Assembly (NCBI GenBank): GCA_039679675.1
Contig: JBDKUN010000026.1
Span: 1 to 38,747, forward strand
Length of the DNA: 38,747 bases
From: Armatimonadota bacterium
Lineage (GTDB): Bacteria; Armatimonadota; UBA5829; DTLH01
Direction of reading: 5' to 3'
The translations under genes were made by a program, and so were the position numbers. The notes below the pieces were generated by a model. That model was not told the DNA's origin, did no database searches, and saw only the letters and a program-made list of their open reading frames with translations. Of this stretch, positions 20,067 through 29,207 are shown piece after piece (position 1 is the first letter of the stretch; the number at the start of each line of letters is the position of its first letter).

Positions 20067-20462
20067 TTGGAGCAGACCGCAAGATACTACGCCACAGGCC
20101 ATCGAAAGAACGCGACCGCTAAAGTCTGGCTTACGCCGGGCGAAGGCAGGATTACGATCAATGGCCGGCCTATGGCGGATTACTTCGGCCGCAAGACTCT
20201 GGAGATGCTGGTTCAGCAGCCGTTCGAGGCAGTCAACGCCGTAGGTAAATACGACGTAAACGCGACTGCTCTTGGCGGCGGGATCACCGGACAGGCGGGA
20301 GCTTTACGCCACGGAATATCCAAGGCGCTGCTCGAAGTCGGTGATGATTTGAGGCCTGTCCTTCGAAGACAGGGATTCCTGACCAGAGATCCGAGAGTCA
20401 AAGAGCGGAAGAAGTATGGGCGCAAGAGAGCAAGAAGAGGATTCCAGTTCTCGAAGCGTTAA
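20067..20462 (+). CDS. rpsI: 30S ribosomal protein S9
   Basis: [31 protein letters not shown]...QFSKR. Confidence 0.99.
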   Translation: MEQTARYYATGHRKNATAKVWLTPGEGRITINGRPMADYFGRKTLEMLVQQPFEAVNAVGKYDVNATALGGGITGQAGALRHGISKALLEVGDDLRPVLRRQGFLTRDPRVKERKKYGRKRARRGFQFSKR

Positions 20463-20518
20463 AATTATGGCTATTGGCTTTTCTCTTAACAGTGGGAAAG
20501 CTCAATCAAAAAAGATAA

Positions 20519-20560
20519 TAAAGAGATGGTGGAGGCTTCCGCCATCTCTTTACTCATTTA
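20519..20560 (+). terminator. Intrinsic terminator ending the r-protein cluster
   Basis: TAAAGAGATGGTGGA / TCCGCCATCTCTTTA hairpin (20519-20552) followed by T-rich sequence. Confidence 0.8.
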
Positions 20561-20596
20561 TTACCCCTCATTACTCCAAATATTATATATTACCTA

Positions 20597-20625
20597 TTGA
20601 CGGCTGTTCGCCAGTGCGCTAAAAT
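20597..20625 (+). promoter_or_regulatory. Sigma70-type promoter for the NlpC/P60 gene
   Basis: TTGACG-17 nt-TAAAAT, near consensus, with AT-rich upstream sequence. Confidence 0.7.
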
Positions 20626-20643
20626 ATGCCAATTGATGTTTCG

Positions 20644-20672
20644 GGAACAGACCAGGTAGTTTTGGCGTCTGA
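20644..20672 (+). promoter_or_regulatory. Candidate ECF-sigma promoter
   Basis: GGAACAG-16 nt-GTCTGA resembles ECF -35/-10 elements. Confidence 0.45.
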
Positions 20673-20783
20673 AAATAGGTAGTAAATTCCCCGATAATTA
20701 ACTAAGGCTTTCGTGTGTCACCTGAAAGTCTGTAGCCTTGATGAAGTATATCCATCATCACGATACTCGGAGGAGAGGTCGGT

Positions 20784-21587
20784 TTGAAAAATATTCTCCT
20801 TTGCATTCTTGCCGTTTTTACTCTGGCGTGCATAGCTTCGGCGGATGGTGTTGTCACACTTGAGCTGGAAACCCCAAGTTTGCACAAACAGGAACCCAAA
20901 CACGAAGCTAAGAAGGCAAAAACATCTGCTGGAAACGTGAATGTAAGAGCGGAAAGGAAGTCCATCGGCAGGATCGGGATGGTGAACGTTGAGAAAGCCA
21001 TGATCTACGCCAAAAGGAGCACGAGATCACGTGTATATTCCACTTGCATGAGGGATACAACGCTCGCAATTACTATGACATCAGGTTCATGGTATGGGAT
21101 TATGATGATAGACGGCAGTACTGGATGGATAGAGAAAGAAAAGATAACTCTTCTCGATTATCAGGCCGTCCTTCCTGATGTAAACAGAGGTTCTCTCGCA
21201 AGTCGCGGCGGTTTCGACGGCCGTGGGTCAGATAATCCTATCGTCCAGACCGCGCTTCAGTATCTTGGAGTACCTTATGTCTATGGTGGGAATTCTACAA
21301 CAACAGGTATCGATTGTTCGGCTTTCGTAAGGATGGTCTATAAGCAGTTCGGTGTAAACCTGCCGAGGGTTTCAAGAGATCAGGCTAATGTAGGAATACC
21401 GGTTGCACCAGAAGATATTCAACCTGGCGACAGGCTCTACTTTGCCTGCAATCATTCATATGTCGACCATTGCGGCATATATGCGGGAAATGGTTACTTT
21501 GTTCATGCGTCCGCGAACCATGGCGTGACCGTATCGAGCCTTTCGAAAAGATTCTACGCTAACTCTCTCGTTGCCATAATGCGATAG
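20784..21587 (+). CDS. Secreted SH3-like + NlpC/P60 (C40) cell-wall endopeptidase
   Basis: Signal peptide MKNILLCILAVFTLACIASA; SH3b-like GSWYGI..DGSTGWI; C40 YLGVPYVYGG...GIDCSAFV...HCGIY.GNG.FVHAS. Confidence 0.93.
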   Translation: MKNILLCILAVFTLACIASADGVVTLELETPSLHKQEPKHEAKKAKTSAGNVNVRAERKSIGRIGMVNVEKAMIYAKRSTRSRVYSTCMRDTTLAITMTSGSWYGIMMIDGSTGWIEKEKITLLDYQAVLPDVNRGSLASRGGFDGRGSDNPIVQTALQYLGVPYVYGGNSTTTGIDCSAFVRMVYKQFGVNLPRVSRDQANVGIPVAPEDIQPGDRLYFACNHSYVDHCGIYAGNGYFVHASANHGVTVSSLSKRFYANSLVAIMR

Positions 21588-21607
21588 ATATAAAAAATAC
21601 ATAATGA

Positions 21608-21646
21608 AACATCGGGGCGAGCATTCAGCCCGTCCCGATGTTATGT
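21608..21646 (+). terminator. Putative terminator hairpin after NlpC/P60
   Basis: AACATCGGGGCGAGC / GCCCGTCCCGATGTT. Confidence 0.65.
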
Positions 21647-21713
21647 ACATAGTATTCTGATCGATCAAAACTGATAAAGATGATACAGACAAACTTGGAA
21701 GGGGACCGGAATT

Positions 21714-22217
21714 ATGCATAAGATGACGGAAGACGGACTGAAGGCTTCATTTGCAGGTGAGAGCCAGGCGCATGTAAAGTATCTTGCCTTTGCAGAGAAG
21801 GCAAAACAGGAGCAGAAGCCCAATGTTGCACGTTTGTTCTCCGCTGCCTCATATGCAGAGCAGGTACATGCCACAGCGCATCTCAGGGTGTTGAGTGGAG
21901 TAGGGTCGACCGATGAGAACCTTGCCGCCGCTGTAGCAGGCGAAGGGTTCGAAGTAGATGAAATGTATCCTGCCTATATGGCTGTGGCGGATACACAAAG
22001 CGAGGCATCGGCGAAGACATCGTTTTACAGGGCGAACGAGGCCGAGAAAGTCCATAGAAGCCTTTATTCGCAGGCAAAGGAGGCCGTCGAGGCCGGGAAT
22101 GATGCCGCAATAGGCGACATTTGGGTCTGCCCTGTGTGTGGATTCACCGCTGAAGGTGCTCGACCGGCGAAATGCCCTCTCTGCGGCGTTTCCAGCGATC
22201 GCTTCGTGAAATTCTAG
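21714..22217 (+). CDS. Rubrerythrin family protein
   Basis: ASFAGESQA..KY, ExxH motifs (EQVH, EKVH), E..MYP, C-terminal rubredoxin-like CPVC...CPLC. Confidence 0.95.
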   Translation: MHKMTEDGLKASFAGESQAHVKYLAFAEKAKQEQKPNVARLFSAASYAEQVHATAHLRVLSGVGSTDENLAAAVAGEGFEVDEMYPAYMAVADTQSEASAKTSFYRANEAEKVHRSLYSQAKEAVEAGNDAAIGDIWVCPVCGFTAEGARPAKCPLCGVSSDRFVKF

Positions 22218-22241
22218 TTTTTAACTATCTTAAGATGTAAT

Positions 22242-22267
22242 GGCCGGGCTTCACCCCGGCCTTTTTT
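22242..22267 (+). terminator. Intrinsic terminator after rubrerythrin
   Basis: GGCCGGG-cttcac-CCCGGCC followed by TTTTTT. Confidence 0.88.
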
Positions 22268-22374
22268 GATTGTTTGAGAAAAGAAATGTGCATATTTTAA
22301 GCTGTGAGGTTATTGTGATAGGCTTGATCTATGCTATACAGCTGTATGTGATCGTATGATACGAAGGAGAGCCT

Positions 22375-23187
22375 GTGATTATTGAGCTTGAACCGAATGC
22401 ATTCGGGACTACAGCCGCATTATTTGATGCGCCATGTATGGAATTCGTCATCAATGCTTTGGTAGTGGGGAACTGCCACGGTAGAATATGGGTGGATAGT
22501 CCATCCGGGCCGACATCCGCTTTTCTGTGGAACAAGGGGCCGCAATATTACTTTGCAGGACGTGCAGACAACCGAGAGTTCAACGATTCTGTGAGACAGG
22601 TAATCCTTAAGCAAATCGCGCCTTCGCCTGATTCCTATATGGTCATCTACTATAGCTCCGACGCTTGGGTTGAGCAGTTACCCGGTATTTTTACGCAGCG
22701 GCATTTGCAAAAAGCTCCTCGCTGCCTTTATAGATCAGATACTTTGAATATCCCAGACTGGCGTGCACAATTACCTCAGAATATTTCAATCGTTCCCATA
22801 GACCGGCAACTGACCACAAGGACCCATCTTACCAATCTTGATCAGGTAATAGGTGAAATCCAGTTTATGTGGCCATCCATCGACCTTTTCTTTGAGAGAG
22901 CATATGGCTTCTGTGCATTGCATGGTGATAATGAAATTGTCTGTTGGTGCACAGGCGAATATACTAATGGAAACCATATCGGAATAGGCATCGAGACTGC
23001 TGAGAATTATCAACGCAAAGGTCTTGCGACTCTCACGGCTTCCGCTTTTGTAGAACATTGCATTTCAAACGGTATCGAAGCTCATTGGGATTGCTGGACA
23101 CGAAATGTTCCATCGGTTTTAACGGCAGAAAAAGTGGGTTTTCGTAAGGCGGTCGACTACGATGTCTTTTGGGGGCAGACAGGCTAA
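22375..23187 (+). CDS. GNAT family N-acetyltransferase
   Basis: IGIET.ENYQRKGLAT acetyl-CoA motif A, HWDCW..N.PS...AEKVGF; SD AAGGAG. Confidence 0.88.
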   Translation: MIIELEPNAFGTTAALFDAPCMEFVINALVVGNCHGRIWVDSPSGPTSAFLWNKGPQYYFAGRADNREFNDSVRQVILKQIAPSPDSYMVIYYSSDAWVEQLPGIFTQRHLQKAPRCLYRSDTLNIPDWRAQLPQNISIVPIDRQLTTRTHLTNLDQVIGEIQFMWPSIDLFFERAYGFCALHGDNEIVCWCTGEYTNGNHIGIGIETAENYQRKGLATLTASAFVEHCISNGIEAHWDCWTRNVPSVLTAEKVGFRKAVDYDVFWGQTG

Positions 23188-23378
23188 AGCACATACCAGA
23201 GAGGCACGATGAATCTCGAATTTGTATATATGGCAATCAAGCTGTCGTCTATCAAGTAATCATCAGGAACGAATTTGGCTGTTTTTGCGTAATTATTACT
23301 GGCACATATGCTGGTAAGCCTTTCCTTTCGGAAAGAGATCTTTCCCCGTCCAAAGAGAGATCAGCTGAACAGCCTCCT

Positions 23379-23420
23379 GAAAGAGCCCCGTGGATTGCCG
23401 CTTGATCCGCGGGGTTTTTC
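23379..23420. terminator. Hairpin between convergent genes, probable bidirectional terminator
   Basis: GAAAGAGCCCCGTGGAT / ATCCGCGGGGTTTTTC, 19 nt past the stop of the minus-strand operon. Confidence 0.7.
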
Positions 23421-23438
23421 CTGTACAGGGATGTCCAA

Positions 23439-26330
23439 TCATCTTTCGTGCCTTTCCCGTGCCCGGCGTTTAGCTTCCAAGAGGCGCGAGGCCATGTCAA
23501 CGTCCTGTGCCGCATCTTCATCTTTCGGTTTATGTGCTTCGGGCGATGGAGCAGGTTTGGTTGGTTTGCTGCCATCCTGTTTGGGCTGCCTTCGTGCCGG
23601 TTGCGGGTGCGTCCAATCAGGCCGCGGTTCGTCCGAATGTCTGGATTTCTTAGCGTTCAGCAGCCTCCCGACGGTTTCGACCTCCGGGGTTGTTTTCTGT
23701 GTCTTTCCATTAGGGAAGGCTCTGGATTTGACTGCAGAGATACATTTTGCAGCAAATGCGCTGAGTTCCGACGCATTGAGCGCCACCCTCCGCACCGCTA
23801 CATCCAACGGGAAGAGCAAAACAGAGATTAATGTCAGACCCCACCATAGATCAGTCGGAACCCGCGCCTTTTTGAGATCTGCCTTGAACACTTCCTGAGG
23901 TTCAGGGCTGATTTTGCCGCCGGTCAGTTTAGCTATCCGTTCCAGCAGCCTATAGTTTGTCCGTATATCCTTATATTCGGGCGGATATGGTATAGTGACG
24001 GTGCAGGACTGGCTTGAGACCTCTTTTCCCTTCTGTTCGACTATGTTTACCGTATATGTCCCGACTTTGCGGGCAGGAAACTCAGCTTCATAACGGCCTG
24101 GTGCGGTCTGTTCAAGCACAATATCCGATGACTTCATATCCGGGCCGATCAGCCGTCCTTTGAGCTTCAGAAAATTGATGAACCTGCCTTCCTGGTCTAC
24201 GGCATCAACAGCGACCTTGCCAACAGCCTGGTCTACCGCGACGGTCGTCTGGAAGTCGCTTTTACCTGACTTTTTCATCGACCATCTGATAGCTTGAGCC
24301 CAGAATTTCGTAAATCCGGGCCATTCGAGCCATCGGACAGCCCATCTAGGCTTTGCGTCCGATGTGAATGCAATCGATCTACCGAGCCCGAACTGCCACT
24401 GCGCATAAATAGGATCATCTTTATGCGAGACCATCGGGACTTCAGCCAGCGGCTTGGGGCTGGTAGAGACATAACCAAGGAGAGGCGGTGCAGTGCTCCA
24501 GTCGATGCCGGAAAGGACCGCAGATGATCTATCGACCCGTGGGTGGAAAGGTTCTTCGATCAGAAGAGACTTTGAGACCAGCATTACATCCTTTGTAAAG
24601 ATATAGGGCAGTTCTTGAGCCTTTCTGGCGAGGTAAAAGTTGCCTCCCCCGGCAGCGGCAAGCTGGGTCAAAAATCCCACGTCCTTGCCATCGCCTATTG
24701 CGACGGATGTTACGGTTATCTTTTCTCTATGCATCTGAGCGGCAAGAGCTATACAGTCTTGTTGATCGTCGCAATCATCGCCGTCACAAAGCATAATCAC
24801 ATGTTTTTGCCGTGTTCCAGAGCCGGAGATCATCTTATATGCCGACTGAAGTGACGGGAACACGGTAATCCCGCCGCCTTCCGCCGTAACGGTCGAAATC
24901 TTCTGCGATATTCCTGTCTTGTTCTTCGCACTGCTCAACGGGACTATCGTTTCGGGATAATCATGGCAGAATATGACGCCGATCTTGTCTATTGGCTGCA
25001 GGAGCTCAACAACATTGACGGCGGCTTCATTAGCGAGCGATATTTTAGTCCGGCCGTTTTCAATCATGCTCATCGAGCCGGACTTGTCTATCACGATGAC
25101 GACCGATAAAGACGGGAGGACTTTTTGCTTGCGGACCGACATATCCACCGGCAGCGTGCGCTCTATCGGCGTATTGAAATACCCTCCTGCACCGAAGCTG
25201 TCTTCGCCTCCGATCATACAGAACCCGATGCCGAGGTCGCGGACACCTGCCTCGATGAGCTTCATCTGGTCCGGCATCATAGCCATGGCAGGAATGTCTG
25301 AGAAGATAATCGAATCGTAGTTTCTTAAGTCGTCAATACCGGCGGGAATACCGCTTTTCCCTCGGACATCGGCTGCAATGCCGCTCGCTCTCAGCGCTTT
25401 TGCGAGATTCATGGCCTCTCCAGGCTTTCCTTCCACATAAAGCACCCTTGGTTTGCCTCGTACAACCGTGCTGCCGAGCGCGCGGTTGTTATCGAGCATA
25501 GTATCGGCGTTGTTCGACAAAAGCGCTTCATACGAATAGGCTCCGGCCTTGTCTATTGTCTGCGGGAATGTAAAGATATTCTTGCCCGGTGTGAGAGTGA
25601 CGTTTTTTACATCAGCAGGACGCCCGTTTCTAATGAGCCGGATGCAGGAATGGGTGTCGGCCTTTGCCGTGGCGATCACTTTCAGCTCGAAAGGTTCGCC
25701 TATCTTTACCTCGCTCGGTATCACGATCTTGTCGAGGAGCGCTTCCTTCTTTACATTGTTCTCTATTGGGACGACATCGATAGTGATCCCTTCTGTCTCG
25801 GCCATCGCTGTCTGGTCGAGTGCTTTTCCCAGGTTCTCATTTCCGTCGGAGATCAGAACGACCCGTTTAGCGGCATCAGCCGGGAAAGACGCGAGCGCAA
25901 GGCCGATGCCCTGGGAAATGTCCGTATAGGAGGTGGACGGTATTGCGTATATCCGGTCTACCTTCGCGCTCCGGCATGGAGCAAGCTCGACAGCCGCATC
26001 CGCGCCGAATGCAATGATGCCTATGTAGTCCGTCGAGCGTTTAGACTTTATCGCATTGCATATATAGTCCAGAGATGCCTGGCGCTTTTCTCTTGGAATA
26101 CTGTCGGAGATGTCCACAGCAAAGATGACCGCCAGGTTCTTACTCGGACGCACGAACTGGATTCCGGCAACAGCGATCACAATCAGGCTGATAATCGCGA
26201 TCCTGAGCGATAACGAGAACGCTTTTCGTCCCCTTGAAAGGTCCGCCAGGCTGGCTCTGGACAATCGCCAAGCCATGTAGACGAGCGGCGGCAGCAGGAG
26301 CAGGTATAGAGGATGGGTAAACTGGATCAT
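23439..26330 (-). CDS. Large membrane protein with two VWA domains and a class I glutamine amidotransferase-like domain
   Basis: N-terminal double TM; MIDAS AVDISDS and VIDKSGS; YDSIIFSD..GGEDSFGAGGY..TPIE..LPV; C-terminal TM and low-complexity tail; start moved to ATG 26330 (ATGA overlap, SD GGAGG). Confidence 0.85.
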   Translation of the reverse strand: MIQFTHPLYLLLLPPLVYMAWRLSRASLADLSRGRKAFSLSLRIAIISLIVIAVAGIQFVRPSKNLAVIFAVDISDSIPREKRQASLDYICNAIKSKRSTDYIGIIAFGADAAVELAPCRSAKVDRIYAIPSTSYTDISQGIGLALASFPADAAKRVVLISDGNENLGKALDQTAMAETEGITIDVVPIENNVKKEALLDKIVIPSEVKIGEPFELKVIATAKADTHSCIRLIRNGRPADVKNVTLTPGKNIFTFPQTIDKAGAYSYEALLSNNADTMLDNNRALGSTVVRGKPRVLYVEGKPGEAMNLAKALRASGIAADVRGKSGIPAGIDDLRNYDSIIFSDIPAMAMMPDQMKLIEAGVRDLGIGFCMIGGEDSFGAGGYFNTPIERTLPVDMSVRKQKVLPSLSVVIVIDKSGSMSMIENGRTKISLANEAAVNVVELLQPIDKIGVIFCHDYPETIVPLSSAKNKTGISQKISTVTAEGGGITVFPSLQSAYKMISGSGTRQKHVIMLCDGDDCDDQQDCIALAAQMHREKITVTSVAIGDGKDVGFLTQLAAAGGGNFYLARKAQELPYIFTKDVMLVSKSLLIEEPFHPRVDRSSAVLSGIDWSTAPPLLGYVSTSPKPLAEVPMVSHKDDPIYAQWQFGLGRSIAFTSDAKPRWAVRWLEWPGFTKFWAQAIRWSMKKSGKSDFQTTVAVDQAVGKVAVDAVDQEGRFINFLKLKGRLIGPDMKSSDIVLEQTAPGRYEAEFPARKVGTYTVNIVEQKGKEVSSQSCTVTIPYPPEYKDIRTNYRLLERIAKLTGGKISPEPQEVFKADLKKARVPTDLWWGLTLISVLLFPLDVAVRRVALNASELSAFAAKCISAVKSRAFPNGKTQKTTPEVETVGRLLNAKKSRHSDEPRPDWTHPQPARRQPKQDGSKPTKPAPSPEAHKPKDEDAAQDVDMASRLLEAKRRARERHER

Positions 26331-28153
26331 CCCAACCTCCTGTGAAATGCGTACCACTCGAACGATAGAAGCGCAAGCCCTATAATTAAAATAATCCTCC
26401 AGAACTCGCGGTTGGTCCTGATCGAGCTGAGCGACTGAGCCACATGCCTTTCGCCTACCCGGAGTGTTGGCTGGGGTTTCGTGTTCGATTCCTGCGGAGA
26501 GAGCAGGTTACAGGCAAACTCTCTCGCCTTTCTGCCTATTTTCATTTTGTAGACCCCTGCAGTCTCCGTTCCATCGAAATAGGCCGTTGAGCCGGTCGGA
26601 CGAACGTGGGTTTCCTGCCCGTTTGGGTCTGTTACCGTCACTTCACGTTCGCCTTCCAGGTCGATTGCGGCTACATCGCTCGTGTGCAAAGCCATATTCG
26701 CTGATTCCGATCCTCCGCCGAGCCATTCGATGCAATTGGTGACGAAGATCGGGAAACCGACCCTCAATGGAAAATCCGAATCCAGCATATTCCATCCAAG
26801 GACCACAAAACGCCTTCCGCTCGACTCACCTGCCGCCGCTATAGCCCCTCCCTGGCACTCGACCAACTCTTGCCCCCAGTCTGTGAGTGTCAGCGTCTTT
26901 GCTGTGGCTATCTGCAAGCCCGAAAAATCGACGTAGGATGCTGCGGGATGGTTTTTGGACGAATCGACTACTTCTGGGCGGGATATCGTCCGCGAAAGAT
27001 GGGCAGGCGCTGCCCTGCAATCCGTATTTATGAGCAGATAACCTCCCGGCGGGAGGTCATCCGGCGGTTTGATGCCGTCGAAGACCGCGATGTCATAGCC
27101 GGAAATGTCCGGCGGAGCCGCGGATGCCTTCACCACATCGGTTTTCGGGTCGAGGTTAAACGCCCGCTCGATGAACATATTCCCCTTTGTCACAATCAGG
27201 ACTGAGCGCTCCTTGCTGACGGTCAGGTAGACGCTCGCGGCGTTGTCAGCCGCAAGATCATCGTTTACTATCAGCTTTACCATAAGCCTGCCGCCTGCAT
27301 TTGGAAGGCCTGCCAGTATCTCTTCTTTCGATGCGCCTTTATCGAGCGACTCATCCCTTATATCTATGAGCTGGTCTTTCAGATACACTTCCATCTGGAA
27401 ATCGCGCTTATGGTCCGAGAAGTTGCGCAGCCCAACGAACACCTGCTGTGCTCCATCAAGCGTCTTTCTGGAGTCCATCGCTACGATTCCAACGTTGTCT
27501 GATCTTTTACCGATCTTGATGAAGCTGATCTTCGCCTTGCCTGTGCGGATGTCCGAAACCGGCGAGAACCCTCCGTCAGAGATTATCACGATACGTGGGT
27601 TTTTCTTTTTCGAGACGAGAGACAGCGCAAGCCCTATTGCTTCCCTCAGGTTTGCGCGCGTGTCCTTCGGCTTAAGTGCTGTGATGGCTGCGGCAAGGGC
27701 CTTTCTATCGGATGTAAATGAGCTGGCTACGCGAGTTTTGGCGGCCGCTGTAATGACGAGCATTGCGTCGCCTCGCCCCATCTGGTCGGCTGTCCGAAGT
27801 GCGAGTCTTTTTGCCTCATCGAACCTGGAGCGTCCGACATCCGTCGAGCGCATACTGGCCGACGAGTCGATCACTACTACGATACTCTGTCCTTCGAGCC
27901 CTGCCATACGCGCAAATGGACGAGCAAGGGCCGCGACTATGAGAAGAAGCACTCCAAGTTGGATGAAGAGCAGGAGGTTCTTCCTGAGCTTCTGAAACGG
28001 TGCGTTTGCCTGAACATCCTGAACGGCATGCTGCCACAGAAAGACGCTCGACACGACCTGTTCCCGCCGCTTCAGCTTGAGCAGGTAAAGTAAAATAACC
28101 GCCGCCGCGAGCGGAACGAAGATCAGTATAGATATTGGTGATAATAATCCCAT
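26327..28153 (-). CDS. BatA-like N-terminal double-TM VWA protein
   Basis: IILLYLLK-type BatA N-terminus (LYLLKLKRRE..VSS.FLW...ALARP), MIDAS VIDSSASM, C-terminal TM; start moved to ATG 28153 (TAATG overlap). Confidence 0.87.
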   Translation of the reverse strand: MGLLSPISILIFVPLAAAVILLYLLKLKRREQVVSSVFLWQHAVQDVQANAPFQKLRKNLLLFIQLGVLLLIVAALARPFARMAGLEGQSIVVVIDSSASMRSTDVGRSRFDEAKRLALRTADQMGRGDAMLVITAAAKTRVASSFTSDRKALAAAITALKPKDTRANLREAIGLALSLVSKKKNPRIVIISDGGFSPVSDIRTGKAKISFIKIGKRSDNVGIVAMDSRKTLDGAQQVFVGLRNFSDHKRDFQMEVYLKDQLIDIRDESLDKGASKEEILAGLPNAGGRLMVKLIVNDDLAADNAASVYLTVSKERSVLIVTKGNMFIERAFNLDPKTDVVKASAAPPDISGYDIAVFDGIKPPDDLPPGGYLLINTDCRAAPAHLSRTISRPEVVDSSKNHPAASYVDFSGLQIATAKTLTLTDWGQELVECQGGAIAAAGESSGRRFVVLGWNMLDSDFPLRVGFPIFVTNCIEWLGGGSESANMALHTSDVAAIDLEGEREVTVTDPNGQETHVRPTGSTAYFDGTETAGVYKMKIGRKAREFACNLLSPQESNTKPQPTLRVGERHVAQSLSSIRTNREFWRIILIIGLALLSFEWYAFHRRLG

Positions 28154-29055
28154 TATTTCACCATCCCTCTGCGACGCAGATAATTGAGGATGAGATCCTC
28201 GAAATCCGATCCAACTGTGGTGCGGATATAATTCACGCCGTATTTGAGGCAGAAACTCTCTATCCTGCTGCAAAAAGCGGCCACAGCCTGCTCATACCTG
28301 CGCAGAAGGGCAGGGGAAACACTGATCTCGCGCTCATCTCCCGTCTCTGAGTCGATCAGTTTAATATCACCGACTATTGTTGGGCGTAATTCTTCATCGT
28401 CGAGGACATGGATGAGGCTTACTTCGAACCTGCGGGATAAAAGAGCCAGTATCCCTTTTTCGTAATCCTGGTCGAAGCAGTCCGATATGAGGACAGCGAT
28501 ACCCGGTGTGCGTGTGCGGAGGGTGAAATCGCGGATGGAATCTGCGAGCTTCGTCCGGCCATCGCCTGTGATGCCGTTCAGCCAGTCGAATACCGGGAAT
28601 ATGTTGCCTTTGCCCCGTTTGGGAGGGAGAATACTTGCTGTATCACCTGATAGTGCTGCATAGCTTATCTTGTCCAGGCCGGAGAGCGCGATGTATCCGA
28701 GCGCTGCAGCTATTCGTTTGGCGTAAAGCAGTTTGGATGGACTGCCGAATGCCATGGAGCGGGAAGCGTCGATCAGCACATAGACATGCAGGTCTTCTTC
28801 TTCGATAAAGAGCTTCATGAACAACTTTTCCAGCCGAGCATAGACATTCCAGTCAACACGCCGGAAGTCGTCTCCGATGGTGTAGTTTCTGTAGTCGGCG
28901 AATTCGACCGATGCGCCGCGTTTGCTCGACCTGCGCTCCCCGCGCATTCTTCCGGGGAACACGCGCTTAGCCACCAGGGAAAGCTGCTCAAGCTTGTGCA
29001 GGAATTCCGGTGAAAGAAGCTCCTCGTCTTTAGATGTTGGTTCAATTATGTCCAA
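28153..29055 (-). CDS. DUF58 family protein (VWA-like, MoxR-associated)
   Basis: G.SVEFADYRNY..GDDFRRVDWNVYAR, LIDASRSM, LISD; TTG start uncertain. Confidence 0.92.
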   Translation of the reverse strand: MDIIEPTSKDEELLSPEFLHKLEQLSLVAKRVFPGRMRGERRSSKRGASVEFADYRNYTIGDDFRRVDWNVYARLEKLFMKLFIEEEDLHVYVLIDASRSMAFGSPSKLLYAKRIAAALGYIALSGLDKISYAALSGDTASILPPKRGKGNIFPVFDWLNGITGDGRTKLADSIRDFTLRTRTPGIAVLISDCFDQDYEKGILALLSRRFEVSLIHVLDDEELRPTIVGDIKLIDSETGDEREISVSPALLRRYEQAVAAFCSRIESFCLKYGVNYIRTTVGSDFEDLILNYLRRRGMVK

Positions 29056-29095
29056 GATAAACCCATATTATTAAACATTAAGCAGGAACGCTGAT

Positions 29096-29193
29096 GGACA
29101 GGGGGATCATGCCCCAGTCCTCATTCTCCAGGGCATCCATGCCCTCGCTGTCTAGACCTTTGCTTCGGGTCCACGGGGAGAAGCACGAGTCTA
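29096..29193. other. GC-rich multi-hairpin intergenic element between moxR and DUF58
   Basis: Stems GGGG/CCCC (29102-29115), AGGGCA/TGCCCT (29130-29145), TAGAC..TGCTTC/GAAGCA..GTCTA (29153-29193). Confidence 0.5.
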
Positions 29194-29207
29194 CACCAAT
29201 CTAATCC

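Noticed and set aside
20630..20783. c-di-AMP (ydaO) riboswitch upstream of NlpC/P60
   Set aside because: Characteristic GCUGAAUCC and CAGCUAAC-type conserved segments are not present
23169..23898. Short ORFs in the GNAT/VWA convergence zone (23169-23405, 23252-23575, 23308-23898)
   Set aside because: They overlap real genes or the terminator hairpin and show no motif or SD support
29088..29193. Hammerhead ribozyme, SRP RNA or tRNA-Sec in the moxR-DUF58 gap
   Set aside because: CTGATGG deviates from the CUGANGA core with no matching GAAA; no SRP GGAAG/AGCAG helix-8 arrangement; no TTCGA T-loop or UCA anticodon arm
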